Of a DNA stretch of 64,000 nucleotides, positions 14,443 through 27,470 are shown in pieces (the stretch's first letter is position 1; the number at the start of each line of letters is the position of its first letter). The notes beneath the pieces are model-generated. The model was not told the DNA's origin and made no database searches. It saw only the letters and a program-made list of their open reading frames with translations. Both the position numbers and the translations under genes were made by a program. Source of the stretch: Dictyostelium discoideum (Eukaryota); NCBI GenBank assembly GCA_000004695.1, contig CM000154.2, positions 2,656,001-2,720,000 on the forward strand, read 5' to 3'.

Positions 14443-15921
14443 ATGGTATCTGTTAGAAATGCAAAGATAATTTCATTGATTTATCAAATATTTGCTATTT
14501 TGGGTGAAATAATTTTATTATTATTATCTCCAAATGATAAAGAAGAAATTGAATTTAATCCACCATCACCAATTTCATCACCTTCTTCCAATAGTTCAAC
14601 ACCACCAATATCTGCTTCAAAATTACATAATCAAGTTTCTTCATCATCAACTTCATCATCCACTTCATCATCAACTTCAACTTCAACTTCAACATCTTTG
14701 TATGATAAACAACAAGCTACAAATGATTCAATAGAGATTGCCAGTAGTTTAACCAAAGCCATTTCAATTGCAACTCTACAAAATTCTTTACTACCACATA
14801 ATCAAATCATTGCAAGATCATTGGTACCAAAGAGATTAAGTAGAAAGAAAGTTATTGTTGTAACATTAGATGGTGGTGGTATTAGGGGTATTGTAACATT
14901 AACAATTTTAAGAGAGTTACAAAAAATGATGGGATTGGATATAATTGATAAAGCACATATGGTATGTGGTACTAGTACTGGATCAATCATTGCTATGGGT
15001 CGTTCCAAACCATTACCATATGATGAAATAGTTGAAATTTATAAAAACTTTGGAAAAGTAATTTTCAAAGGTACAGTTAAAAACTTTTTAGTTGGTGCAA
15101 CACTTGCAAATTCTGATAAAAAAGAACAAGAATTAATAAAAGTTTTTGGTAATAACACTATGGGTAATTTTGCTCAAAATAAAAAATTATTTGTTGTTGT
15201 TTCAAAATTAAAACATAACAATTCATTATTACAACAACAGCAAACACCACAACAAACTTTTATTAATCAATCAACACCTTCTTCATTACAACAACCACAA
15301 CAACAACAAATTTTAATTAATCAACAACAAGAAAGTGAATTTAAAACTAAAATCATTTCAAATTATAATAAAAAGTATGAAAATGTTAAAGTTTCAGAAG
15401 CATTAAATGCATCATCGGCAGCACCAATTTATTTTAAACCAGTGGAGATTAATGGTCACAAATATGTTGATGGAGGTATTGGTTATCAAAATAATCCAAT
15501 TTTATTGGCTCATAAAGAATGTTTGAAATTATTTGGTGATATGACAGAATATTTATTCATTTCATTAGGTACTGGTACTTTTGAAGCAACTAGTACTGTC
15601 ATCTCTCCAAGTAGTAAAAAAATAATATTCCAAGCTCAAGAAACCTTTAAAAATGCTGTTGGTTTAATTAAAAATGCTGCTTCAAGTATTGGTGATTCTG
15701 AAACACCTCATCAAATTTTTAAACAAATGTCAAATTATAAAAATGTTAGTTACTATCGTTTCAATCCAAAATTAACTCAAAACTTTTCTTTGTCCGATAC
15801 AAGTAAATCAAGTTTAGATGCAATGGAAACTGAAGCACGACAATATATGCAATCTCAAGATATGATTAGAGAAGTTCAAAATCTTAAAAATGAAATTGAA
15901 TCAATAATTAATTCCTCTTAA
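14443..15921 (+). CDS. Patatin-like phospholipase (single exon, 492 aa)
   Basis: Oxyanion-hole motif DGGGIRG, nucleophile elbow GTSTGS (GxSxG) and catalytic Asp motif DGGIGYQNNP. Confidence 0.85.
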   Translation: MVSVRNAKIISLIYQIFAILGEIILLLLSPNDKEEIEFNPPSPISSPSSNSSTPPISASKLHNQVSSSSTSSSTSSSTSTSTSTSLYDKQQATNDSIEIASSLTKAISIATLQNSLLPHNQIIARSLVPKRLSRKKVIVVTLDGGGIRGIVTLTILRELQKMMGLDIIDKAHMVCGTSTGSIIAMGRSKPLPYDEIVEIYKNFGKVIFKGTVKNFLVGATLANSDKKEQELIKVFGNNTMGNFAQNKKLFVVVSKLKHNNSLLQQQQTPQQTFINQSTPSSLQQPQQQQILINQQQESEFKTKIISNYNKKYENVKVSEALNASSAAPIYFKPVEINGHKYVDGGIGYQNNPILLAHKECLKLFGDMTEYLFISLGTGTFEATSTVISPSSKKIIFQAQETFKNAVGLIKNAASSIGDSETPHQIFKQMSNYKNVSYYRFNPKLTQNFSLSDTSKSSLDAMETEARQYMQSQDMIREVQNLKNEIESIINSS

Positions 15922-16361
15922 ACAAAAAAAAAAAAATAAAAAAATAAAAAATTTAATTAATAATTAAAATTGTATTACTAAATAAAAAAAAAATAAAAAA
16001 AAAGAAAATAATAATAACAATAAAAAAAAGAAAATAATAATAATAATAATAAAGATAACCTAAATAGATTATTACTCTTTTTTTTTTTTCATGTTATTTT
16101 ATTTGAATAATATTAAAGAAAAAAAAGAAAAAATCATTGATTAGATTTTTTCCTATATAATTAATAAAAACACAAAAAAATGTTTTTTTGATCTCGGCAT
16201 TCATCGAAATTTGTTTATTTTTATTTTTTATTTTTATTTTTTTTTTATTTTTTTTTTTTTATTTTTTTTTACACCAAAAGAAATCTAATATTTTTATTTT
16301 TTATTTTCAAATTTTTTTTTTCATTATTTTTTTTTTTTTTTTGGTATGGTTAATAAATAAA

Positions 16362-17274
16362 ATGAAAAATGGTTTTTTATTTTTAACGATAATTTTATTA
16401 TTATCAATTTTCATTACATTTTCAAATTCTCAAAATTTGTCAAATTTGGAACAAAATTGTTTGACGAATTTGGGAAATAAAATTTCGAAATATAAAGATC
16501 CAAATTCATGGTGTTCCTCTTTTTCTTGTGCTCTTTCAGCTGATTCATCAAATTTATATATAGAAACATTAAAAATTGAAAACACAAATGGAGTCACAGC
16601 AGCTTTAAATTACACTGACTTTAGTTGTTTCTCTAATTTGACAAAATTGTAATTATTGACTTTTTATTTTAATTTTTATTATTTTTACTATATTACTAAT
16701 AAAATTCTTTAAATAGAGATATTACTCATTATACCTTAAACTATAGTTCCTTTTTTGGTGATATTTCAGAAAAAGGCTTGGCAGGTAAGTAACACTTTAA
16801 ATAATTAATTAAAATAAAAAAAGACAATATTAATAGATTTTTAAATAATTTAATTATAGTTTCAATTGTTTTAAATCAAACCTTTAATTTTGATTTCCCA
16901 AAATTGGTAAACTTTCCAACAACTTCATTGTATGTATTTTTAAAAAAATATATATATATACTCAATTTCATGATCAAACAAAATATTAATATTAATTAAT
17001 TCATAAAGAGAATTTGTTTTGGCATATACACCAGGTACTATTGGACAATTTAATGCAAGTTCTTTTGGAAATTTAAAATCATTAATTTTCACCACCAATC
17101 CTCTACTACCATCAATTCCAGCATCAATGACTCTTCCCACTTTATACAACGACTTAAATTCAAACCAACAGATTCAATTAGATAAATTTCGATTTGTGAC
17201 CAGACAAGTTCCAAATCTTAATTATTTTAACATTACTGAATTGTATGTACATTTGTTTATTCCAAAAATATAAG

Positions 17275-17332
<58 letters not shown>

Positions 17333-17699
17333 TATTATTAATAAATATTACTCTCTTTTAGGTATTTAGTATTAGAACCAACTATAACAGGGACTGGAGA
17401 TTTCAACTCTTTTACCAATGTCCAAATTTTTACTTTAATCGTGGATACAGACACACAGGTTATTGGTTTCCCCAGTATTTTTACATTAAGTAATAATATC
17501 ATACAAGCGTAGGTAATCATCTTTTAAATAATTTATTTCAATAATAAAATAAATAAAATAAAATATTCAAATAATTAACATTTTTTAATAAAATTTTAAA
17601 GTGAATTAAAAGCGAAATTTTCCCCTCCTGCTTCCATAATTGATATTACACCTTCTTCAAAACTTAGATCTTTGTGAGTTATTTGCAACAAACAAAAAA

Positions 17700-17738
<39 letters not shown>

Positions 17739-20700
17739 AATTTATCTTTTATTATTTTCTAACAATAAATTTTCAATAGGAGATATATACAAATTAATAC
17801 AGGAATTTCAAGTAGTTTTGCTTATCCACCTCCAAATGGTTTCCCTTTAATTCTTCCAACTTCAATTGAATTAATCTTTTTTCCAAATACTGGTTTTAAT
17901 TTACCTCAATTAAATATATTACCAAACTTAGGTTATTTAGATTTTTCAGCAAATTCAATTACATCATTACCTGCAAATATTGGCCCTTCCTTAAAATATC
18001 TGTAAGTTTAATAATTATTATATCTATTGTAAAAAAAAAAAAATTATTAAACAATCCTTTTATTTATTTATTTTTTTTTTTTTTTTTTTTTAATAGCGAA
18101 CTTTCAGAGAATAGTATAAGTGGAACAATACCGCCTTTGTTATTTTGCAATATGCTATTGGATGTTAATAATAATAATTTTAATGGTTATTTACCAGAGT
18201 GTTTTCAATGTAATGTATTAAATACTCTTATATTAATATGATGATTTTCTTTCTAACTTTTAATTGTTTTTACAAAAAATAATAATAATAATAATAAAAT
18301 AAAATAAAGGCTATTACAATTTCCAACCAATTTTAAGTGTATTTTTTTCTGCGAATCCAAATTTAATCGTTTCAGGACCATGTACTTTAAAACCAGTACC
18401 TAATTTTAGTTTGGATCCAGTTTTAAAAACATTTAGGTTATGGGGTTCAAATCTTGGGTATGCTTATCCTACTACACCATCCAACGTTTCATTTACATTA
18501 ATTTCAATACCAAATTCTGAATTTTTTGGTACTTACAATGATATAATGACAGCATCAGTAATAGAGTTTTCCTTTATGGGTTCAAGCTTTACATTACCTT
18601 TGACTCCAAACCCACCAAATATTTTCAATGTCCATTCGGATGGAGTTGCATCATTCTCATTTAATGGTCAGTATTTCACATATAACACAAGTGATGTAAC
18701 AATTACACTTAGTGGATATCCATGTCAAGTGACTTTTGCATCATTTCAAACCATAGCTTGTATGGGACCATCATTCCAAAATAGTTCTGAATTGGTTGTA
18801 AACTTTAAAATTGGAATTTATTCAACCCAAATTTCAGTGATTCTAGGTGCAGAAAGTAATAATGTTACAATGTGTACACAGAGTTGTAATCATGGTTATT
18901 GTAGTACTGTAGGTACTGTTGGCAAATGTATTTGCAATCCTGGATATGCAGGTAATGATTGTTCCGTTTCAAATCCATGCTCTTCAACTTGTTTGAATGG
19001 TGGAAATTGTGATTATTTTAAAGGTATATGTAATTGTACCTCAAGTTGGAGTGGTACTGATTGTGGAACACCATATATTGAATGTGCCAATGAATGTAAG
19101 AATGGTCAATGTAATTATCAAACTGGTATGTGTTTATGTAATATAGGTTGGGGAGGAACAATTTGTAATGAATTTTCACTTGATTGTCCAAAGAATTGTA
19201 GTTTTTCAAGTGGGGGTGGTGTTTGTAATCGTACAGTAGGCGAATGTAAATGTAATTCAAATTATCAATCAAATGATTGTAGTATCCCATATGTTGAATG
19301 TAATAGTAATTGTAATATTAATTCAAATGTTGGAAATAAATGTAATAATCAAACCGGTATTTGTATTTGTTCTACCGATTGGCAAGGTTTATCTTGTGAA
19401 TCACCAAGTCATTATATCTCATCAATTCAACCAACAAACACTGATGGTGGATTTGTTTTAATTTATGGATGGTTTGGTGGTAGTGGTTATCATAATAATC
19501 CTATGGTTACAATTGGTACACTTGAATGTAAAATAAATTCAATCAATGAATCTTTGATTAATTGTACAATTGGTAGTGGTTCTGGTACTAAATCAGTTTC
19601 AGTACAACAAAATGGTTATTCATATGTTGGAAAGGATATTTTCCATTATACTGATATTACTTATAAATGTCCAAATGATTGCTCTGGACATGGTACTTGT
19701 AACAAATTAATTGGTCAATGTAAATGTTTTAGTGGATGGGGTGGTTTTGATTGTAATGGTAAAAATATAGTTCAATCATCTTCAACAACAACAACTACTA
19801 CTACTACTACTACTACAACATCAGCATCAACAACAGCAACTACAACATCTGGCAATACAACACCAGAGCCAACACAAGAACCAATTGTAATTCCAGAGAC
19901 AGTTACAACAATTAATACAACTATTGGTTCAGCTTTAATTAATAATGAAAAAACTTTATATGAAATTAAAATTTCAAAAATTGTTGAATTAGATTTCAAT
20001 GGTGAATCAGTTAAAACTATAAATTTACAAGAGAAATGGAATGTTGAAATAATAGCAGAAAATAATACATACATTTTCAAACAAACATTAAATGGTACAA
20101 ATTGTACAGTAACCTATTCAATTGAAGAGGTTAAAACCACTAGAGATTATAATTTTGCAGGATTGGATTTAACATTGGATGCTGGTGGTATTAAAATCAC
20201 AGTTAAAATTGAAAATTATCAATATTTAAATTCATTAAATACATTACAACTTCAAATTGAATCATTAATTGGTTCAACAGCAAAAGACCAAAATGATGAT
20301 GAAGATAACGAATGTAATAAAGAGAATTTATCAGTAGATACAAATGAAATGGACAAAGATCAATTATTAAATTATATAACAATTTCAAAAGATCAAAAAA
20401 TATTATATGGTAGATTTATTAATAGAGTCGTCAGTGATACTAGACCAACATTTATTACAACATCAGTAGTTTCAAATAATGGAAATTCAGTTATACTTGG
20501 TTTAAATTTACCACATTGTATAAATTCATGTTTAATTGATCCTGGTATGTTATTTTTTTTTTTTTTTTCCAAATTCCCTAATTTACTAATTTTTTTTTTT
20601 TTTTTTTTTAAGATTTCTCTGTTTTAGTTTCTTCATCTTATAAAACCTGTGATAATTCTAAAGATTCAGGAAGACCAGCTTGGCTTTTACCAGTTGCTAT

Positions 20701-20833
20701 AGTTGTACCATGTGTTGTTGTGGCTTCAATAATTATAATCGGTGCTGTAATATATAGAAAAAATAGAATGGCAATTTTAGTTGCAAAGAATAAATATTCA
20801 TTTAGTCTTAGAAAAATGTCTAAAAAAAATTAA
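16362..20833 (+). CDS. Receptor-like type-I membrane protein: signal peptide, plant-type LRRs, multiple EGF/tenascin-like Cys repeats, Thr-rich stalk, one TM helix, short cytoplasmic tail. Ten exons: 16362..16648, 16717..16784, 16860..16929, 17009..17242, 17362..17508, 17602..17673, 17780..18001, 18097..18209, 18310..20544, 20613..20833
   Basis: Signal peptide MKNGFLFLTIILLLSIFITFSNS. LRR consensus appears, for example in LSENSISGTIPPLLFCNMLLDVNNNNFNGYLPECF and L.YLDFSANSITSLPANIGPSLKYL. The large exon carries about 8 C-x-C-x(2-5)-G-x(2)-C EGF-like units and a TTTTTTTTTTTTSASTTATTTSGNTTPEPT stalk. The last exon encodes the TM VAIVVPCVVVASIIIIGAVIY followed by RKNRMAILVAKNKYSFSLRKMSKKN and a stop. 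All small exons are phase-2 symmetric with GTAAGT/GTATGT/GTGAGT/GTAGGT donors, total 3669 nt giving 1222 aa. The last acceptor could instead be 20627. Confidence 0.65.
17275..17329. repeat. poly(dA) tract of about 55 nt inside an intron of the LRR-EGF gene
   Basis: Uninterrupted A run between donor GTATGT at 17243 and the acceptor at 17361. Confidence 0.9.
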
Positions 20834-21136
20834 ATTATTAAATAATTAATAATAAAAATAATAAAATTAAAAAAATAATTATTTATTTTCTAAATTAAAT
20901 AATAAAACAATAATAATAATTTATAATATAAAAATATTGATTATTAATGGTAATAATAATAAAAGAAAATTCATTTTTAAAAAAGCATTTTGATCAAATT
21001 TTCTTTTTATTTTTTTTTTTTTTTTTAATTTTTTTTTTTTTTTTTTCGTTTAAACTAAATTAATTTTTATTTTTTTTTATTTTTTATTTTTTATTTTTTT
21101 ATTTATTTTTTTGCATACTTACATGTAAAAACAATC

Positions 21137-22075
21137 ATGTCAAGATTATTTAATAATTTTCTATTGAAAACGAATAAAAATCAATTTATTCAATCATTTT
21201 CAACAAAATCTCAAATTAACAACAATATTTTCAATAATTTAATAAAAAATGAAAAAATATCATTACCCCCACCACCTTTTTTATCCTCGTCATCCCCATT
21301 ATCAATGAATAATATATTTAATAGAAATAATAAAAATTTATACACAACAAATAATTTTAATTATAATAAATTACAATTTACAACTCAATCACCCAATCCA
21401 ACCCCAACCCCAACCCCAACCCCAACTCCAACCCCAACCCCAAATAATAATGAAAATAATAATAATAAAAATAATAATAATAATAATTTTAAAGAAGAAC
21501 AAAAGAAAATATTACAAGAAAAGAATAAAGCAATTGGATTATACGTTTTAATTGCAATTATTGGTATTTTAGGATTATCATATGCAGCAGTACCATTGTA
21601 TAGAATATTTTGTAGAGCAACCGGATATGGTGGTACAACAAGAGATGCTGATGATTTTGATGTAATTAGAAAAAGAAATTTAGATAGAACTGTTTACCCA
21701 ATTAAAGTTACATTCTCAGCATCAACAGCCAATAAAATTCCATGGACATTCAAACCAACTCAAAGTACAATCGAATGTTTACCTGGTGAACCAGTTTTAT
21801 GTTTTTATAGAGCAACCAATAATACCGACACACCAATTATTGGTGTTGCAACTTATAACATCACTCCAATGAAAGCTGGAACCTATTTCACTAAAATTCA
21901 ATGTTTTTGTTTCGATGAACAACGTATCAATGCTCATGAAACAATTGATATGCCTGTATTATTTGTAATAGAACCCGAACTTTTAGATGATAAAAATATG
22001 AAAGGTGTTTCTGATATAACCTTATCTTATACTTTCTTTAAATCAAATGATCAAGGTGAATATGAAGAAATTTAA
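21137..22075 (+). CDS. cox11: Cytochrome c oxidase assembly protein COX11 (mitochondrial copper chaperone); single exon
   Basis: Conserved TM segment plus the soluble domain with the CFCF copper-binding motif (YFTKIQCFCFDEQ) and a YNITP/VTFSA core. The N-terminal presequence-like region includes a (PT)7 repeat encoded by (CCCCAA)-like hexamers. Confidence 0.85.
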   Translation: MSRLFNNFLLKTNKNQFIQSFSTKSQINNNIFNNLIKNEKISLPPPPFLSSSSPLSMNNIFNRNNKNLYTTNNFNYNKLQFTTQSPNPTPTPTPTPTPTPTPNNNENNNNKNNNNNNFKEEQKKILQEKNKAIGLYVLIAIIGILGLSYAAVPLYRIFCRATGYGGTTRDADDFDVIRKRNLDRTVYPIKVTFSASTANKIPWTFKPTQSTIECLPGEPVLCFYRATNNTDTPIIGVATYNITPMKAGTYFTKIQCFCFDEQRINAHETIDMPVLFVIEPELLDDKNMKGVSDITLSYTFFKSNDQGEYEEI

Positions 22076-22216
22076 ATTTAATAAAATAAATAAATAAATA
22101 TAAATTAAAAAAAAAAAAATTATTAGAAATAAAAAAAAAAAAAAAAAGTTAAATAAATGATATTCTTTTTTCTTTTTTTTTTTTTTTTTTATTATTATTA
22201 TTATTACTATTATTAC

Positions 22217-22262
<46 letters not shown>

Positions 22263-22321
22263 TAATAGTTATTATAATTATTTTTAAATTTCTATTTTTT
22301 TTGAGTTTTTTATTATTAAAT

Positions 22322-23739
22322 TTATTTACTGATTTGAGTACTGAGGATTGGAGCTAAAATTGCAACCAAAACAATTGCAACAATAATTAAAAGAATATAC
22401 ATTTTCTTTCTGGATTTTTTATGTTGTCTATTTGCTTCAGCTAAATTTTCAACACCTTCTTTAGTATTTAATACAGTGGATTCAACGTTTGCTTCGATTT
22501 GATTGAGTAATTCACCTTGAGTCTCAACCAAAATAGCCATATCTAAAAACAATTGATGTAACTCTGCAATACTTTGTTCCAATTTCAAAATATCATTATG
22601 TCTATCTTGAATATAATCCAATGCATTCTTTGCTTGTGTATGTAAATGTGTATAAAGAATAGTTTCCTCGAAAATCTTTTTAGAATCACCTGAATCTATA
22701 GCTTCCCTAATCTCTTCTTGTGTTGCATCGGGTTTTACTAATAAATAAATCATATAAAATTAAAGGTTATTTTAATTAGTATACTTTTGTTTTTTTCATT
22801 TTCAATGATGGATGATGATGATAAATTTACATACCAATTTTATATTGTCTTTCAATCTTTTCTTTATATTTATTTTTATAATTATTTTGAATTTCTTGAT
22901 ATTCTCTCATCATTTCCACAAACTTTTGTGTTAATGTATTGTGCATATTCGATCTAATACGTACTTCTGTTGGTGTTGCTGTTTTTGTGGCTGCAAATTT
23001 ATCGTTATTTATTTTCATTGTATCTAATTTCTTTTTTAATTCAGAGAATGATTTATTTGTACCATCTAGCATTTGTTGTATATCATCTTCATATTCTAAA
23101 TATTTTAAATAAAAAAAATAATAGATAAATAAATAGATATTAAAATATTTAATATATTAGTATCTATATATTCATTTATCATAGTGTTATTAATTGTAGA
23201 AATTATAAAATATTTCAAACTAATCTTTTTTCTCAACTATTTCTATAACTAATTCTACGACCAATACTACTATTTAATAATTAATTTAAAATTAGAAAAA
23301 AATAAATAAAAAAAAAAAAACATACTTGAACCTTGATCAACATTAATCGAATTTAAAGATAAAACATATTTGTCCTCTATACTTCTTACACTCCTTTTAA
23401 CTGATGTCATTAAAGTTTTTAAAACACCAACTTCTTGATAAAATTCTGGCATAAATTCTTCAGATGCTTCTGGATCATCTGGACCTAATTCAATATCGTT
23501 GATTGATGGATCTTCATAATTTGATCCTGATGGTTCTGATGGAGACTCTGGTGTTTCTTCTCCTCCTTTTCCCTTTTTACCTTTTTTCTTTTTATCCACT
23601 TCAGGTTTAACACCACCTGCATTCTAATTTTTAATTTATTTATTTATTAGTTTCTATAACCTTTTTTTTTTTTTTTTTTTTAAGTTTTATAATTTTAAAT
23701 TTGATATTTACTCTCAATTCTTGTAAACGATCCTCCATC
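22322..23739 (-). CDS. Syntaxin-1/Sso-like plasma-membrane t-SNARE; exons 23739..23712, 23623..23326, 23095..22835, 22737..22322
   Basis: Exon 1 MEDRLQELR ends at a GTAAAT donor. Exon 2 is the N-terminal region (EFMPEFYQEVGVLKTLMTSVKRSVRSIEDKY). Exon 3 is Habc (MLDGTNKSFSELKKKLD...). Exon 4 holds the SNARE motif ELHQLFLDMAILVETQGELLNQIEANVEST (compare syntaxin-1A [30 protein letters not shown]) and the C-terminal TM anchor. Phases are consistent (0, 1, 1). About 333 aa. Confidence 0.75.
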
Positions 23740-23890
23740 TTTTTTTTTTTTTTTTTTTTTTTTATATTTTATATTTTTATTATTATTATTATTATTATTG
23801 TTCCTTTTTAATTTCTTTTTATTTTTTAATTTTATTCTTTCCAAAAAAAATAAAAATAAAAATTAATAAGTTGATATATTGATACAATTG

Positions 23891-23921
<31 letters not shown>

Positions 23922-25577
23922 GATTTTCCTGGTTTTATTTTCTTTTTTTTAAAATGTTATAATTTTTCTATATAGTTTTAATTTTAACTATGCCTAATTT
24001 TGAAATATTAATTTGAATTTTTAAAAATAAAATTATTAATATTATTAATTCTTTCTATGAGGGGGTTTTTTTTTTTTATTTGTTTTTTTATATTTTTATT
24101 CAAATTTTATTTTGTGTGGTGTGTTGCTGTTGAATGTGTTAAGTGGGTGTAGAAGTAGAGTTATTGTTTCTACCTTTAATATTAATGTATTTTTTATTAT
24201 TATTATTATATTATTATTTTTTATAAATTATAAATTTATGAATTATTATAAAAAAAAAAAAAAAAAAGACGATGAGTAAATTATTTTGTTTATTTTTTTT
24301 ATTTTTTATTTTTTTTTTTTTGTTATTATTAATTATTTCTATGTGTTCAGTCGTCTTTGTTGTTTATTAGATTGGAAAAAAATAAAAAAATAATAAAATT
24401 AAAAAAAAATTAAAAAATTGAATTAATCTAAAAAATAAATAAAAAATAAATATAAAAATAAATACTTTAAAAGATCTTTATAGTTTTAAAAAAAATTAAA
24501 ATTAAAAAAAAAAAAAAAAAATAATAAAAAAAATTTAAATTATTTTTTTTTTTTTTTTTTTTCATGTTCATGTTTTTTACCACACGTAAAAAAAAAAAAA
24601 TAAAAAATAAAAAATAAAAAAAATAAAAAAAAAAATAAAAAATAAAAAATAAAAAATAATAATTAATTTTCAGGGAAAGTAAAGAACACTCAATCAATGT
24701 TCGAGGGGGGGGGAAATAAACGAAAAATAAAATTAAATAAACTATTCTATCAAATATTGACAAGTAAAAAAAAAAAAAGTAAAATAAAATAATTGATAGT
24801 TTTAGATTATGGGATGTTTGAATTGAAAAAAAAAAAGTTGATTTCTTTTTAATCCCGTTAAAAATGCGCCAGGTGGTCAAAAATCGAAAAAATAAATAAA
24901 AAAAAAAAAAAGGTAACATAATTGTATTATAGTATAAACATTAAAGTACTTCCAATAAATTTTCTATTTTAATTTTTTTTCTTTTTTTTTTTTTTTTATA
25001 TAATTATTTATTTATTTTTATTATTTATTATTTTTTTATAAATTTTTTGAAATTGGACTGTTGGTAATCTTTAATTTATTTCCAAACATATGAAAAAAAT
25101 AAAAAAAATAAAAAAAATAAAAAATAAAAATTAAAAAATAAAAAATAAAAAATAAAAAAAATAAATAAAAAAAAATAAAAAAAATAGAAGACAAAGCGAT
25201 TGCATCATACTTCGAGTTTGGAACAATTTGGCAATAATTTTCAAAGAAATCCATTAAACAAAAAAAAAATAAAAAAAAAAAATAAAAAAAAAAAACACAA
25301 AAAAGGTTTAAATTAAATTTAATTAAATAAAAAGAAAAATAGTAATAAAAAAATCAGATTATTTCAATAATATATCAAAGGAAAACAATATTAATTGGTT
25401 TAAAATGTTTTCCTTTTTCTTCTTTTTTTTTTTATTTATTTTATTTTTATTTTTATTTTTATTTTTTTATTTTTTTTTCACGAACGAAACAAATTTTTTT
25501 TTTATTTTTTTTTTTATTTTTTTTTATTTTTTTTTTTTTTTTTTTTTTGCCCAAAACAAAGATAATTAATTAAAAAA

Positions 25578-26251
25578 ATGATAAATAGTTCATTTTCTAT
25601 TTATAAAAATAAAAAAATATTTTTAAATATTCCAAATATTTCGTCATTATCAAATCAAAGATTATTTTATTCGCAATTAAAAGTTGGTGAAGTTAATATT
25701 CCACCAATTCAACAAACAAATGAAGTTATTATTACAAATAAAAAATCACGTAATATTTGTGATAAATCAAAAATAGGAAAAATAGAACATGTAAATAGAC
25801 CATCAATATCAAAGGAAGAATCATTATTTCAAATATTTCAAAAGTATGAATTTAATAAAAGGGAATTATCAAATCAAACCATTTGGATACCAATTATAAA
25901 AACACAAAACTATAATTTCAATCCACTCTCTGTTGCAGAAATTGATCAATATCATCAAAGTGCTGATTTTAAATTATTAGAAACTTTTAAAAATTTATTA
26001 TCAAAAGAATTAAGATCAATAAATGATAAAAAAGGAAAAGAAATTTTTAAAGTTGAAAAATCATTATTTATAACTGAACCAAAACAACAAAATCAACAAA
26101 ATCAACAAAATCAACAAAATAATAATAATAATAATAATAATTCAATTTCAACAATTATTGAAAAACCTGAAGATTTTTTAAATTTTGATAAATTAAAACC
26201 ATTAAAATCTTATTTTAATAAAAGTATATATAATATAAATCAAATTATTGG

Positions 26252-26284
<33 letters not shown>

Positions 26285-27470
26285 TGAAAATAATAATAGT
26301 TTTAATCAAGCATTAGTATGGACTCAACAAATTTTACCAAATAGTTATAGAATTCAAAGATCACCAAATACTTTACCAAATGATTTAGCAACTGAATGTT
26401 TTAATTATATTTATCCAATTTTAAATCTTTTAAATTATATACATCAAGATAATTTCTCATTTACAATTCATTCAATTACAAATTGTACTGAAACCGATCC
26501 ATATAGTGATCAATTAAAATTAAAAGTTCGAAAAATTCGTAGAATTCTTGAAACCAAAATTCAAGATTCAAGAAAAAGAATTTTCAAACAAAAATATGAA
26601 CCAATTAAAGATACAATTGGTATTACTTTTGATAATATTATAAATTTAAATGGTTTAGATAAATATATATCAAATAATAATAATAATAAAGATGGTGGTG
26701 ATAATAATAATAATAATAATAATAATAAAGTATTATTTGTAATTCAATTATTATTAACATCAGAAACAAATGATTTATATATATCAATTGGTAGATCAAG
26801 TCATACAGATGGTAAAGGTTGGTCATTCCCATTACCTTATCCACAAGGTGTTGTACCACTTGAACGTGATCAAGTACCACCAAGTAGAGCATATAAAAAA
26901 TTAATTGAATCATTTCAATTAATGGGTAAAACTCCAACACCAGGTTCAACAATTGTTGAATTAGGTAGTTCACCAGGTGGTTGGACTTCAATATTAAATC
27001 GTCTTTATGAATATGATGAGGATCATTATAGTAATAATAATGATAATAATAAAAATAATAATAATGGTGATAATATAGAATCAATACCACCATTTGAAAT
27101 TCATGCAATTGATAGATCAAAATTAGATGCTGGATTTAATGATTGTAATAATATTTTTCAATATCAAGAAAATGGTACAAAATGGTTACCAACAAATCAT
27201 TTAGATGATTTAGAGAGTAATCCTGTTGGTTGGGTATTAAATGATATGTCAATTCCACCTGAACTTAGTTTAGAAACTTTAGAGAAATGGATTAAAGGTA
27301 AACATGCTCAATATTTCATTTGGGCAATTAAATTTATTGGTGATGAAGATTATAAATCAACAATTTCAGATTTTAATAAATTAATGGAAAAATATAATAT
27401 TAAAGATTTTAAAGTTAAACATTTAATTTATCAAGGTAATGAAATAATGTTAATGGGTAAAATTTATTAA
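25578..27470 (+). CDS. RlmM-like rRNA (cytidine-2'-O)-methyltransferase (FtsJ/RrmJ fold) with a long N-terminal extension; single exon, 630 aa
   Basis: The C-terminal approximately 250 aa align motif-by-motif with E. coli RlmM/YgdE. PPSRAYKKLIESF matches PSRSTLKLEEAF. GSTIVELGSSPGGWT matches AVDLGACPGGWT. IHAIDRSKL matches VYSVDNGPM. WVLNDMSIPPE matches WMVCDMVEKPAKV. HLIYQGNEIMLM matches HLYHDREEVTVH. The N-terminus MINSSFSIYKNKKIFLNIPNISSLSNQRLFYSQLK is basic and hydroxylated with no acidic residues, resembling a mitochondrial presequence. Confidence 0.8.

Noticed and set aside
24100-24730. G/T-rich patches (24101..24175, 24661..24725) in the 2-kb intergenic region, inspected for tRNA or other ncRNA genes
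   Set aside because: No tRNA-like A/B box spacing and no GTTCGAATCC-type T-loop, acceptor-stem complementarity or cloverleaf. They are more likely promoter or UTR sequence of the flanking genes.
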